A stretch of 64,000 nucleotides of DNA, from positions 1 through 64,000 of the forward strand of contig JAXLNO010000693.1 in NCBI GenBank assembly GCA_038087875.1, in the 5' to 3' direction. This document shows positions 1 to 12,222 of this stretch, in pieces. Source of the stretch: Malacoraja senta. Its lineage: Eukaryota. Within the stretch, counting starts at the first letter, position 1; every line of letters starts with the position of its first letter. The position numbers were made by a program, and so were the translations under genes. Under the pieces are notes generated by a model. It was not told where the DNA came from and ran no database searches. It saw only the letters and a list, made by a program, of their open reading frames with translations.

Positions 1-91
1 GGATGTCAGTGAGGACTGAATTGAGGCGGGAATGGGGATCAGTGCGGGATGGAGTGGAGGGGTCCCAGGATAAGGGGGTGGAGGGGGGCGT

Positions 92-174
<83 letters not shown>

Positions 175-1085
175 GGGGGGGCGAGGTGGGGAGGAAGGAA
201 GGTCAGCGCTCCTCGGACAACATCGCCCCGCTGCCTTGGCCGTTGGGAACTCCTCGCCACAGCCTCCCTCCGCCGCCGGGAGGGTTTGGTTTTGAAAGCG
301 CCGTTAGCGGGTTTACAAGCATCGGCCCTTATCAGGGCGGGAGGAGGAGATGGAGTCGCTGTCGCGGCCGCTGCTGCCGTTGTGGGAAGCGCGTATCTTT
401 GCCCCGCACAACAGCCGCCGACACGAAACGTCGAGTCTGAAGCAGCTGCACCAAAGATCTTATAGCTATAGGATCTCTGAGCTGCACCGCTCGGCCCCGC
501 ACCTTGCTGTTGGCTGGCGGAGGAAGGAGGCGGTGGTGAGGAGTTCCCAATGCCAAGGCAGTGGGGCGATGTTGTCCGAGGAGCGCTGACCTTCCTTCCT
601 CCCCACCTCGCTCCCCCTCTCCCTCTCTCTCTGATAAGGGCCGATGCTTGTAAACCCGCTAACGGCGCTTTCAAAACCAAACCCTTCCGCACTCCGAGGC
701 CTCCCCCTCCCTCCCTCCTCCTGGCCTCGGAGTGCGGGAGAGTTTGTTTGAAAGCGCCGTTAGCGGGTTTGCAAGCAGCGGCCCTTATCAGGGCGGGCAG
801 GGGGAGGAGATGGAGCCGCTGTGCGAAGCCCGTCATTCGCTCCGACCCTTCCTCACCCCGCACCTAGTATCTTTGTCCCGCACAGCAGCCGCCGACACGA
901 AACGTCGCGTTCCTTTTCTCCAGAGATGCTGCCTGACCCGCAGAGTTACTCCAGTTTTTTGTATCTATCTTCGGTACAAACCAGTATCTGGTTGCCAAGC
1001 CGGGCAAAATGACTCGGTGTTTAGGTTGCCCGGCGGCGCTTTGAGTGGTCAGTGGCACCCGGGCAACCGCTAATTTCGAGCCCTG
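1..1085. mobile_element. Right part of a non-autonomous TIR DNA transposon (hAT-like; left end outside the window) with a GC-rich fold-back interior
   Basis: Ends in ...ggcacccgggcaaccgctaatttcgagccctg, the same terminus as at ~12750-12842. It interrupts a CR1 RT right after YLDFQKAF. Confidence 0.75.
95..168. repeat. (GA)n microsatellite
   Basis: Uninterrupted AG run. It explains the ERERER and LSLSLS ORFs. Confidence 0.99.
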
Positions 1086-2272
1086 CAAAGGCTTTCTGAA
1101 AGTCTAGATACACTACATCCACTAGCACCCCTTCATCCATTTTACTTGTCACATCCTCATAAAATTCCAGAAGATTAGTCAAGCATGATTTCCCTTTCAT
1201 AAATCCATGTTGACTTGGACTAATCCTTTTACTGCTATCCACATGCCCCATTATTACCTCTTTAATAATTGACTCCAGCATCTTTCCCACCACCGAAGTC
1301 AGGCTAACTGGTCTGTAATTCCCCGTTTTCTCTCTCTCTCCTTTCTTGAAAAGTGGGATAACATTAGCTATCCTCCAATCCTCAGGAACTGATCCTGAAT
1401 CTATTGAACATTGGAAAATGATCACCAATGCATCCACTATTTCTAGAGCCACCTCCCTGAGGACCCTGGGGTGCAGACCATCAGGTCCAGGGGATTTATC
1501 ATCCTTCAGTCCCATTAGTCTACCCAATACTATTTCTCACCTAATGAAAATTTCTTCAGTTCCTCTACCCCCTTAGATCCTCTGTCCTCCAGTACATCTG
1601 GGAGATTGTTTGTGTCTACCTTAGTGAAGACACATCCGAAGTACCTATTCAACTCTTCTGCCATTTCCTTGTTGCCCATGATAATTTCACCCGTGTCTGC
1701 CTTCAAGGGACCCACATTTGACTTTGCTACTCTTTTTCCCTTAACATATCTAAAGAAGCTTTCACTGTCCTTCTTTATATTCCTGGCCAGCTTACCCTCG
1801 TACTTCATCTTTTCAGCCCGTATTGCCCGTTTTGTTTCCTTCTGTTGTCCTATGAAAGTTTCCCCAATCCTCTGGCTTATGGCTACTCTTTGCTGTGTTA
1901 TACATCTTTTCTTTTAGTTTTATTCTATCCTTAACTTCTCTTGTCAGCCACAGTTGCCTCCTACTCCCCTTAGAATCTTTCTTCCTTTTTGGAATGAAAT
2001 GATCCTGCGTCTTCCGGATTATGCCCAGAAATTCCTGCCATTGTTGTTCCACCATCATTCCTGCTAGGATCCCTTTCCAGTCTACTTTGGCCAGCTCCCC
2101 TCTCATGCCTTCATAGTCCCCTTTGTTCAACTGCATCACTGCCACTTCCGATTTAACGTTCTCCTTCTCAAATTGCAGATTAAAATGAATCATATTATGA
2201 TCACTACCTCCAAGCGGTTCCTTTACCTCGAGTTCTCTTATCATATTTGGTTCATTGGACGACACTAAATCC
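1086..2272 (-). mobile_element. CR1 LINE ORF2 fragment (end of endonuclease to start of RT), frameshifted
   Basis: ORFs 1813-2265, 1530-1808 and 1021-1527 contain PLGGSDHNMI, KSPGPDGLHPRVL, GNYRPVSLTSVVGK, SQHGFMKGKSCLTNL and YLDFQKAF. Confidence 0.95.
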
Positions 2273-2780
2273 TGAGATGAGAAAAAACTTTTTCACTCAG
2301 AGAGTTGTGAATTTATGGAATTCTCTGCCACAGAAGGCAGTGGAGGGTTACAAGAAGAGGTTGGACAAACCTGTTTGTTTCCGTTGGAGTGACGCAGGCT
2401 GAGGGACAACCTGACAGAAATACATAAAATTATATAGAACAAATGGACAGTCAACCTTTTTTCCCCCAAAGTGGAAATATCAAATACTAGAGGGCGTAGT
2501 TTATGTGTGAGAGGGGGAAGGTTTGAAGGTTTGAAGGAGATTTACAAGATTATTATTATTTTTTAAAAGAGAGAGAGTTGGTGCCTGGAACTCGCAGTCA
2601 AGGAAAGTGGTGGAATCATATACGATAGCAGCATTTGAGGCGCATTTGGACAGATATGTGAACAGGGAAAAGCTGGAGGGATTTGGATCACATGTAGGCA
2701 GATGTGTGGTTTAAACCAACATAGTGGTTGGCACAGACTGTGGCTGGAAGGCCCGTTCCTGTGCTGTGCTGCTCTATGTC
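2273..2780 (+). mobile_element. CR1 3'-end fragments
   Basis: Encodes an EMRKNFFTQRVVNLWNSLPQ-like segment and ends in a CR1-type tail (gaaggcccgttcctgtgctgtgctgctctatg). Confidence 0.75.
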
Positions 2781-4413
2781 TTAGGTCAAGGTGTTCTCCC
2801 TTTTCTCAGCATCACTTATAGATGCAAAGACAGTCCAAAGTCTGATGGACAAAGTCAACATGGTTCTGAGGGGGAAAATTTATGCAGCAGAATTACAGCA
2901 CCCCTCGCATTTAACTTCCAACAGTCAGTTGAAGACAAGTCAGCAGGAAGAATTGCTACTTGTTTGAGCTCCCAGTCATCCAGCAAGCATCATAGTATGC
3001 TTGCCAGCAGTTTAAAGCGTTTTTACATGTGATATTATCATGCGATTCTGTAATGCTGAAGTGAATAGCATGATGTCTCTCCACTTCAAATTGGACAGCA
3101 CTTCAAAGCCAAACAGCACAATTGTTTAGAAACGTTTTAGGATTAATTACACTGAAGGATCTGTGTTTAGATTAAAGAAAGTTTTCTAATTGTTCTTGGC
3201 CAGGAAGCAAGCATAGTTTAATAACTGTAGTCTATGCAGTCAAGTCTGAGAGGGAGTGTACAGCCAAGCAAGGCATTTTACACTAGACTGGCTCAAAAGG
3301 CTGACTAAAATCAAAGCACTGCCGGGGAAGTCGGGTGATTGATTACATCTCTCATGAATGGAAGTGGATGTAAAATGAAGCAGCGAAATATGACAACTGC
3401 TACTCCATACATTAAATTGCTCAAAGTGCTTTAATGATTCAAAAGCAGAAATATTCAATCGGCTGAAAGAACCAATAATTTTTTTTATGAGGGCGCAAAG
3501 TGTACAGAGTTTAATTCTGATCACAAGGTGGATCAATTATTGAAGCATAACATAAAAGGTAGGATGGCATAGATCTATAGGTAAAGTACTTGGTTTGAGG
3601 ATAGAAGATGTAACCAGTGTAGAATATCTACGCTGAATATCACTAAAAATGAGGTCAAATGGATTGGAGAAGTAAATTCAAGAATGCAGAGTTTACAAGG
3701 CTAAAGAGGGAGGAAGAAAATCTAATGCACAGCAAAGGTTTGAGGTGAGGAGTGGAAGATACACCGAAGAGCAGGAATAATGCAGGGAAAGTCAGTGATA
3801 GCTTAAACATTCAGATAAAGAACACAGGAACACTGACTGGATTCAATCTTAAGAATGATATTACATTTGAGGCAATATAAAAACCAGAGGCAATGTCGGG
3901 TTGCATGGATGGGGTGGGATGGGACAGGAAACAGGCTTCTGAATCATAACTTAGAGTCTGGCCAGGGGAATGTTAGTGTAATTAAGTTCAAATGCAACAG
4001 TAACTTTCATTGAGAATTCCAGTAGTTCATGTGAGATGGTGGGAAAAGTTATGAAAATGGATATACGCGCTCATTGTGATGGGAGAGAACATTCAAAGAT
4101 TTGGGATACTATGATTACAATCTACTTCAGACTGTGATAACTTTCTAACAAGAAGCTACGATTGGTAATACAGGAACATGGAATTCGTGATGTTTAAGTA
4201 AAAGAACTGCAGAACTGCAGGGAGACAAAAATGCTGGAGGAACTCAGCTGGTGAGGCAGCATCTATGGAGCGAAGGAATAGGCGATGTTTCGGGTCAAGA
4301 CCCTTCTTCAGACTGATGTTGGGGGGGGGGGGGCGGGAAAAAGAAAGAAGCGGAGACAGTAGGCTTGTGGGAGAGTTGTGAAAGGGAGGGAAAGGAGGGA
4401 GAAAACAAGGACT

Positions 4414-6576
4414 GGCAATGAATTCTAAAAGGGTTGACAGTGGATATGCAATGGATATGCAATGGAAGATATTTAAAGACTGCATGGATGAACTACAAAA
4501 ATTGTTCATCCCAGTTTGGCAAAAGAGTAAATCAGGGAAGGTAGGGCATCCGTGGATAACAAGGGAAATCAGGGATGGTATCAAAGCGAAGGATGATGCG
4601 TACAAATTAGCCAGAAAAAGCAGCATACTGGGAGAAATTCAGAGACCAGCAGAGGAGGACAAAGGGCTTAATTAGGAAAGGAAAAATAGATTATGAAAGA
4701 AAACTGGCAGGGAACATAAAAACTGACTGCAAAAGTTTTTATAGATATGTGAAAAGAAAGAGATTAGTTAAAACAAATGTAGGTCCCTTGCAGTCAGAAA
4801 CAGGTGAGTTGATCATGGGGAACAAGGATATGGCGGACCAATTGAATAACTACTTTGGTTCCGTCTTCACCAAGGAAGACATAAATAATCTGCCGGAAAT
4901 AGCAGGGGACCGCGGGTCAAAGGAGTTGGAAGAATTGAGTGAAATCCAGGTTAGTCGGGAAGTGGTGTTGGGTAAATTGAATGGATGAAAGGCCGATAAA
5001 TCCCCAGGGCCAGATAGGCTGCATCCCAGAGTACTTAAGGAAGTAGCTCCAGAAATAGTGGATGCATTAGTAATAATCTTACAAAACTCTTTAGATTCTG
5101 GAGTAGTTCCTGAGGATTGGCGGGTAGCAAACGTAACCCCACTTTTTAAGAAGGGAGGGAGAGAGAAAACGGGGAATTACAGACCAGTTAGTCTAACATC
5201 TGTAGTGGGGAAACTGCTAGTCAGTTATTAAAGATGGGATAGCAGCACATTTGGAAAGTGGTGAAATCATTGGACAAAGTCAGCATGGATTTACGAAAGG
5301 TAAATCATGTCTGACGAATCTTATAGAATTTTTCGAGGATGTAACTAGTAGCGTGGATAGGGGAGAACCAGTGGATGTGGTGTATCTGGACTTCCAGAAG
5401 GCTTTCGACAAGGTCCCACATAAGAGATTAGTATACAAACTTAAAGCACATGGCATTGGGGGTTTAGTATTGATGTGGATAGAGAACTGGCTGGCAAACA
5501 GGAAGCAAAGAGTAGGAGTAAACGGGTCCTTTTCACAATGGCAGGCAGTGACTAGTGGGGTACCGCAAGGCTCAGTGCTGGGACCCCAGCTATTTACAAT
5601 ATATATTAATGATCTGGATGAGGGAATTGAAGGCAATATCTCCAAGTTTGCGGATGACACTAAGCTGGGGGGCAGTGTTAGCTGTGAGGAGGATGCTAGG
5701 AGACTGCAAGGTGACTTGGATAGGCTGGGTGAGTGGGCAAATGTTTGGCAGATGCAGTATAATGTGGATAAATGTGAGGTTATCCATTTTGGTGGCAAAA
5801 ACAGGAAAGCAGACTATTATCTAAATGGTGGCCGACTAGGAAAAGGGGAGAAGCAGCGAGACCTGGGTGTCATGGTACACCAGTCATTGAAGGTAGGGAT
5901 GCAGGTGCAGCAGGCAGTGAAGAAAGCGAATGGTATGTTAGCTTTCATAGCAAAAGCATTTGAGTATAGGAGCAGGGAGGTTCTACTGCAGTTGTACAGG
6001 GTCTTGGTGAGACCACACCTGGAGTATTGCGTACAGTTTTGGTCTCCAAATCTGAGGAAGGACATTATTGCCATAGAGGGAGTGCAGAGAAGGTTCACCA
6101 GACTGATTCCTGGGATGTCAGGACTGTCTTATGAAGAAAGACTGGATAGACTTGGTTTATACTCTCTAGAATTTAGGAGATTGAGAGGGGATCTTATAGA
6201 AACTTACAAAATTCTTAAGGGGTTGGACAGGCTAGATGCAGGAAGATTGCTCCCGATGTTGGGGAAGTCCAGGACAAGGGGTCACAGCTTAAGGATAAGG
6301 GGGAAATCCTTTAAAACCGAGATGAGAAGAACTTTTTTCACAGAGAGAGTGGTGAATCTCTGGAACTCTCTGCCACAGAGGGTAGTCGAGGCCAGTTCAT
6401 TGGCTATATTTAAGAGGGAGTTAGATGTGGCCCTTGTGGCTAAAGGGATCAGAGGGTATGGAGAGAAGGCAGGTACGGGATACTGAGTTGGATGATCAGC
6501 CATGATCATATTGAATGACGGTGCAGGCTCGAAGGGCCAAATGGCCTACTCCTGCACCTAATTTCTATGTTTCTAT
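4414..6576 (+). mobile_element. 5'-truncated, young CR1 LINE; RT/C-terminal part open for 411 aa (5251-6486)
   Basis: Motifs YLDFQKAFDKV, GVPQGSVLGP and FADDTK; 3' UTR ending (tttctatg)2. Upstream stop at 4986-4988 and frameshifts. gact is duplicated at 4410-4413 and 6577-6580. Confidence 0.96.
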
Positions 6577-7363
6577 GACTACCTGAAATTAGAGAACTCA
6601 ATGTTCATACCACTGGGGTGTAAACTACCCAAGCGAAATATGAGGTGCTGTTCCTCCTATTTGCGCTGGGCCTCACTCTGGCCATGGAGGAGGCCCAGGA
6701 CAGAAAGGTCAGATTCGGAGTTGGAGGGGGAGTTGGTGCTGAGCCACCGGGAGATCAGGTTGGTTATTGCGAACTGAGCGGAGGAGTTGGGCAAAGCGAT
6801 CGCCAAGCCTACGCTTGGTCTCACCGATGTAGAGCAGTTCACACCTGGAACAGCGGATGCACTAGATGAGGTTGGAGGAGGTGCAGGTGAACCTCTGCCT
6901 CTCCAGGAAAGACTGCTTGGGACCTTGGATGGAGTCAAGGGGGGAGGTAAAGTGACAAGTGTAGCATTTCCTGCGGTTGCAAGGGAAAGTACTAGGGGAG
7001 GGGGTGGTTTGGGTGGGATGGAACAAATTGACCAGGGAGTTACGGAGGGAACGGTCTCTGCGGAAAGCAGAAAGGGGAGGAGATGGGAATATGTGGCCAG
7101 TGGTGGGATCCCATTGGAGGTGGTGAAAATGTTGGAGGATTATATATTGCCAGAGTGAGGCCCAGCACAAATTGATGGAACAGCACCGCATATTTCGCTT
7201 GGGTAGTTTACACCTGAGCAGTATGAACATTGACTTCTCCGATTTCAGGTAGTCCTTGCTTTCTCCCTCCTTCCCCTCCCCTTCCCAGCTCTCCCTCAAG
7301 CCTACTGTCGCCGCCTCGTCCTTTCTTCTTTTTCCCAACCCCCCCCCCCCCCCCGACATCAAT

Positions 7364-7391
7364 CTGAAGAAGGGTCTCGACCCGAAACGTC
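7364..7391 (+). ncRNA. Minimal type-I hammerhead ribozyme motif in a PLE terminal repeat
   Basis: CUGAAGA-A-GGGU(CUCG)ACCC-GAAA-CGUC: CUGANGA and GAAA boxes, 4-bp stem II, palindromic ACGU stem III and a GUC cleavage triplet. Confidence 0.75.
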
Positions 7392-8671
7392 GCCTATTCC
7401 TTCGCTCCATAGATGCTGCCTCACCTGCTGAGTTTCTCCAACATTTTTGTCTACTTTGGAATTTGTGATAGTAATTCCTTCTTTTTTTTTCTGTTTAAGT
7501 GAATGGATCAGCAGAGTATTCACGACTAGATGTCATTCAGGAAGTTTAGCAATACAGATCAGATTTTGGTTCAGTTTATTGTCACGTGTACCGAGGTAGT
7601 GACAAGCTTTTGTCACGTGCTAACCAGTCAGCAGAAATACAAGACATGATTTTAATCGAGCCATTCACAGTGTACGGATACATGATAAGGGAATAACATT
7701 TAGTGCAAGGTAAAGCCAGTAAAATCCGATCAATTAGAAGCAGAAGAGTCATCTGAAAACAGATGTGGAAATGGGTAGCAAAATATAAATGGAAGCCACA
7801 TCTTCAAATGACACTGCCAAGAAACAACATGCACATTAATTTTGTTAGAAGGCAGAAATCGATTCCAAAGATCTTCAATGGTGATGGGAAAAGCAGTATT
7901 TGTCAATAATCTCCTGGGCTATAACTGAATGAACAAGAATATCATTATATAAATGCGGTCTTATCAGATTGGATTACGCAAATATTAAAGGAGTATTTAA
8001 AGGGCTGACCTTTGAAAAACAACCTTCACTGTACCAAGGTTACACTAATAACAAGAACTTTTACAGTGAAGGATTTATATATAAAGATATATCCTGAAAT
8101 TAAATCTTCCATGGGTCAATAAGAGATTCCTTCCTTCACTGTAAAAGGTATATATATACTGTTGCAAATGTGCATCGATTAATAGAAGTCTGTTTAGTAA
8201 ATTCATATTGTACACTCAACATATTAGCGAGAGACAGAAGGGTATAATCTGACAAACAGCTGTGAAACATGAAACTTTCAACCGGATGATACCATGCGGA
8301 CTGATTCAACAGTGGTCAAGATATTTGTTTACAATGGTTTTGAACCAGCCAAGGTAAAGAATGAGAGAGATCTAGGAATGACATCGAACTAGGATTGGCT
8401 TGTGTTCTGTCATTGCAGAGTTACAGATCAAGGGGTTTTGAATTATAGTGCCAAGTTAGGATAATATTAATTCAAAGACATCTGCTTGAAACTATGTGGC
8501 CTTCTGGTGGCAATATATAGTGAATAATCCATTCAAAAAATAAGGAAACCCGGTCAATCCTGTGTCAGAAGACAATTCCAAGGAATAGATGGAACAAATT
8601 GGACTCATTGTCATGAAGGAACTAGCCTGGGTAGATACCAATTAAACTTTCTCCTGCTGGGACAAGAATAC

Positions 8672-8981
8672 AACACATTGACGTAGTAGTAGAGCTACTG
8701 CCTTACAGCGCCAGAGACCCGGGTTCAATCCTGAAATACGGTTGCTATCCTGACTCCGGGTGCTGTCTGTACAGAGTTTGTACATTTTCCCTGTGACTGC
8801 GTGGGTTTTCTCCGGGTGCTCCGGTTTCCTCCCAGGTTCCAAAGATATACGGTTTGTAGGTTAATTGACTTCTGTAAATTGTTCCTAGAGCATAGGATAA
8901 AATTAGCGTACAGGGTGGTTGTTGGTTAACGTGGGCTCGGTGGGCCAAAGGGCCTGTTTCTACGCTGCATCTTTAAGCTAA
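8672..8981 (+). mobile_element. tRNA-derived V-SINE (HE1-like elasmobranch SINE)
   Basis: B box gggttcaatcc at ~8721; V-domain-like gcgtgggttttctccgggtgctccggtttcctccca; CR1-like tail gggccaaagggcctgtttc. Confidence 0.85.
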
Positions 8982-9792
8982 TAGAACCTGGAGGTAGTGT
9001 CATAGGACAAGGCCTCGCTCACGAAGGACTTTGATGAAAGTTCATTTCAGAGGGTTATGACTATTTGGAATTTCCACTTCAATGTGGTGTGGAAGCGGAA
9101 TCATTAAGTATATTCAAGGTGACTAGACTTCCGGATTGTAGGATCAGGTGGTTCCTGGGAGGAATAAGGAAGAAATTGGGCAGGCAAACAATTGAGGCCA
9201 GAGATCAGATCAGCCACAACCTTAACAGGGTAAATGGCCCACTCCTGTTCTTAATTACCTTAAGAAAGGATGTGAATTAGAGAAAACAGACACATGGAAA
9301 AGAAAATGAATCCATAACATGATGCAAAACCCCAAACTGGAGGGCAATAGAAAATGGTGCCAATGTAATGTGGCCTTTTAAGAAAGAGATATACCTCTAC
9401 CCGTAAAGCTGACTAATACCTGAATAGACTCAGAGTGATACAGCAGGGCTCTCACTTAACTTTTTATCCAGCGTTTTAGGTTGCCAAATGACAGTTTTAT
9501 GTGGTCATTTAAGACTGCTTGCATGACGCGTGCAATAATGTGCTCGGCCGAAGTGCGTAATTACCAGTCGGAATTATGGTCAATGAAGCATTCACATATT
9601 ATTTCTACTTCAAATAAAGTCACAAACTAAACATATTCACCAATCAAGACATGATATATACCACAATGACATGCAGCAAAATAATAATACAGTATCCATC
9701 TCTTTTTACACGTTGCAATGAATGCAATTTCTATTATTTCTTTCCACTTTCAAACAAAAATCTGGTTGGATTATTCAGGGTATGATTAACCT

Positions 9793-10226
9793 CGGTGAGA
9801 CCAAGTGCAGGCTTGGCGATCGCTTCGCACAACACCTACAATCAGTTCACAATAACTAACCTCATCTCCTGGTGGCTCAGCACTTCAACTCCTCCTCCCA
9901 TTCCGAATCCTACTTTTCTGTCCTGGGCCTCCTCCATGGCCAGAGTGAGGCCCACAGCAAATTGGAGGAACAGCACCTCATATTTCACTTGGGTAGTTTA
10001 CACCCCAGCGGTATGAACATTGGCTTCTCCAATTTCAGGTAGTCCTTGCTTTTTCCCTCCTTCCCCAGCTCTCCCACAGCCTACTATCTCCGCCTCTTCC
10101 TTTCTTTTTCCCGCCCCCCCCTCCCGACATCAGTCTGAAGAAGGGTATCGACCCGAAACGTTGCGTATTTCCTTCGCTCCATAGATGCTGCCTCACCCGC
10201 GGAGTTTCTCCAGCATTTTTGTCTAC
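9793..10226 (+). mobile_element. PLE 3' fragment (GIY-YIG remnant plus terminal repeat; hammerhead motif at 10135-10162)
   Basis: Start encodes GETKCRLGDRFAQH; contains ctgaagaagggtatcgacccgaaacgtt. Confidence 0.8.
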
Positions 10227-10227
10227 C

Positions 10228-11215
10228 CATTCACACAAGTTTAGTTATCCCACTTTCCTCACCCACTCCCTCCACATTAGGGGCAATTTTACAGAGACAA
10301 GTTAACTTACAAAGCCAATGGGATGTGGGAGGAAACCCACACGATTGCAGGGAGAATGTGCAAATTCAACACAGACAGTGCCCGAGGACAGGATCGAACA
10401 CAGATCTCTGGCATGTGAGGCAGCAAGTCCACCAGCTGTGCCACTATATTTTATTTTCCAACACACAAAAAAAATTATACGTTGATAACTTTGGTTACTA
10501 AAAAAAAAGAAACTCTCCGTTTTCAGTCTTAAATCTTGAAGTGACACTATGTTCCCCTTTACAGCTACTGTATGTTTTAATTCAATTAAAGACTATGGGG
10601 CAGTACATTGGCCATAAAGTTGCTGCATAAAATTGCCAGAGACCCGGAATTGATCCTGAATATGGGTGCTGTCTGTATGGAGTTTGCTCCTTTTCCCTTT
10701 GATCGCACGGGTTTTCTCCGGGTGCTCTTGTTTCCTTCCACATTCCAAAGGTGTGCAGGAGTTTTTTCAGACCCAACCCAAAATGTAATATTTTCCTTTT
10801 GTCCAGAGATTCTGTCTGACCTGTTGAGTTACTCCATCTTTTTGTGTATATTTTCAGTTTAAACCAGCATCTGCAGTTCCTTCCTTCCTACGCACACGAT
10901 ACTATACGATAGAACTTTATTAATCCCAGGAGGGAAATTCTATATATTTATATACTTATATATTCATATATAAATATACACTGTTTTGTTTTCTTGTTTA
11001 TAACATTGTTTACAGAGTACTATGTTTACATATTCTGCTGTGCTGCTGCAAGTAAGGATTTCATTGTTCTAACTGGGACGTGAGAGAATAAAACACTCTT
11101 GACTCTTGTCGCTAATGTGTGGGATAGAACTAGTGTATGGGTGATCGGTGGTCGGCGTGGACTCGGTGGGCCGAAGGTCCTGTTTCCACGCTGTATCTTT
11201 AAATTAAACTAAAAC
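10228..11215. mobile_element. Two V-SINE copies (~10228-10446 minus; ~10597-10760 plus ~11111-11215 plus, interrupted by PLE- and LINE-tail fragments)
   Basis: Similarity to the 8672-8981 SINE. Confidence 0.7.
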
Positions 11216-11558
11216 ACTAAAACCAGAGGAAACGTAAAGAAGGGTCTCTATCCAAACAACACCCAATTTCTTCTATCCAGAGATGCTGGCTGCTCCATGA
11301 AGTTCCCCCGCACAATTAAAGCATGGAATAGTCTTCACCCTACCATAGTTACCAGACGCAACTAAATTTAATGTAGCACTTTTTTCCCAAGAACCCTTTT
11401 TTGCTTATGTCCAAGTCAAGAGTCAAGAGAGTTTTATTGTCATGTGTCCCAGATAGGACAATGAAATTCTTGCTTGCTGCAGCACAACAGAATATGTAAA
11501 CATAATACAGAACAGGAGATAAAAGTTCAGTGTGTCTAAATACCATAGACCATATATA

Positions 11559-12222
11559 TAGAATAGAATAGAATGCCATTTTATTGCCACTATACACATG
11601 TACAATGAGATTAAAAGCAGCTCGTTCTCAGTGCAGACATGTAATTAGTTCAAAAAACAAACAAAAAATACAAAAGGGGGGGGGGGGGGGAGATAAGGTG
11701 CACAGTTCTGCGGCGCTATACACATATCTATAAAAAGACAATGGGTGAATAGAGTGAATAAATACAATTCCTATGAACTGTATGGGTTATTGCACATATT
11801 AAAAATTACAGTTGCAGTACAAATTACAGTAGGTGGATAGATGGAAGTCCGGGGGTTAAGCTGTGAAGTCAGTGCATGTGTGAGTTCAGAGAGGTTATGG
11901 CTTTTGGAAAGCAACTGTTCTTGAGTCTATTTGTCCTTGTTCTGATGCACCTATAGCGCCTCCCTGAGGGCAGCAGGTCGAACAGGCCAAATGCAGGATG
12001 GGAGCTGTCCTTAATGATGTTCTTCACCCTGCTGAGGCAGCGGGAGGTGTAAATGTCCATCAGGGAGGGGAGAGGGCAGCCAATGATCTTCTGTGCTGCC
12101 CTAACTACCCTCTGGAGCCTCTCCCTGTCTGCCATGGTGCAGCTGCCGTACCATGCTGTAATGCAGTATGTAAGCAGGCTCTCAATGGACGAGCGGTAGA
12201 AGGTCAGCAGCAGGTTGACCTT
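11559..12222 (-). mobile_element. Rex1/Babar-type LINE 3' fragment
   Basis: ORF 11869-12135 (ADRERLQRVVRAAQKIIG...DSSHPAFGLFDLLPSGRRYRCIRTRTNRLKNSCFPKAI), then a 3' UTR with a (ctatt)n tail. Confidence 0.85.

Larger units (their letters stand above)
4192..7456. mobile_element. Penelope-like element with inverted pLTR arms and a GIY-YIG remnant, interrupted by a CR1 insertion
   Basis: The minus arm (4192-4413 plus 6577-~7140) encodes PCNRRKCYTC...FTCTSSNLI and a GIY-YIG-like YIGETKRRLGDRF. The plus arm ~7148-7456 is an inverted copy of the terminus. Flanking near-identical 13-mer tggaattYgtgat (4179-4191 and 7457-7469). Confidence 0.82.

Noticed and set aside
3..1088. Long overlapping ORFs (145-274 aa) with ERERER/LSLSLS tracts
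   Set aside because: Artefacts of the (GA)n run and the GC-rich inverted repeats; no protein-family signal.
5280..6509. Antisense and alternate-frame ORFs over the CR1
   Set aside because: Shadow ORFs of the CR1 RT frame.
8672..8740. tRNA gene
   Set aside because: Only a degenerate A/B-box SINE head; no cloverleaf.
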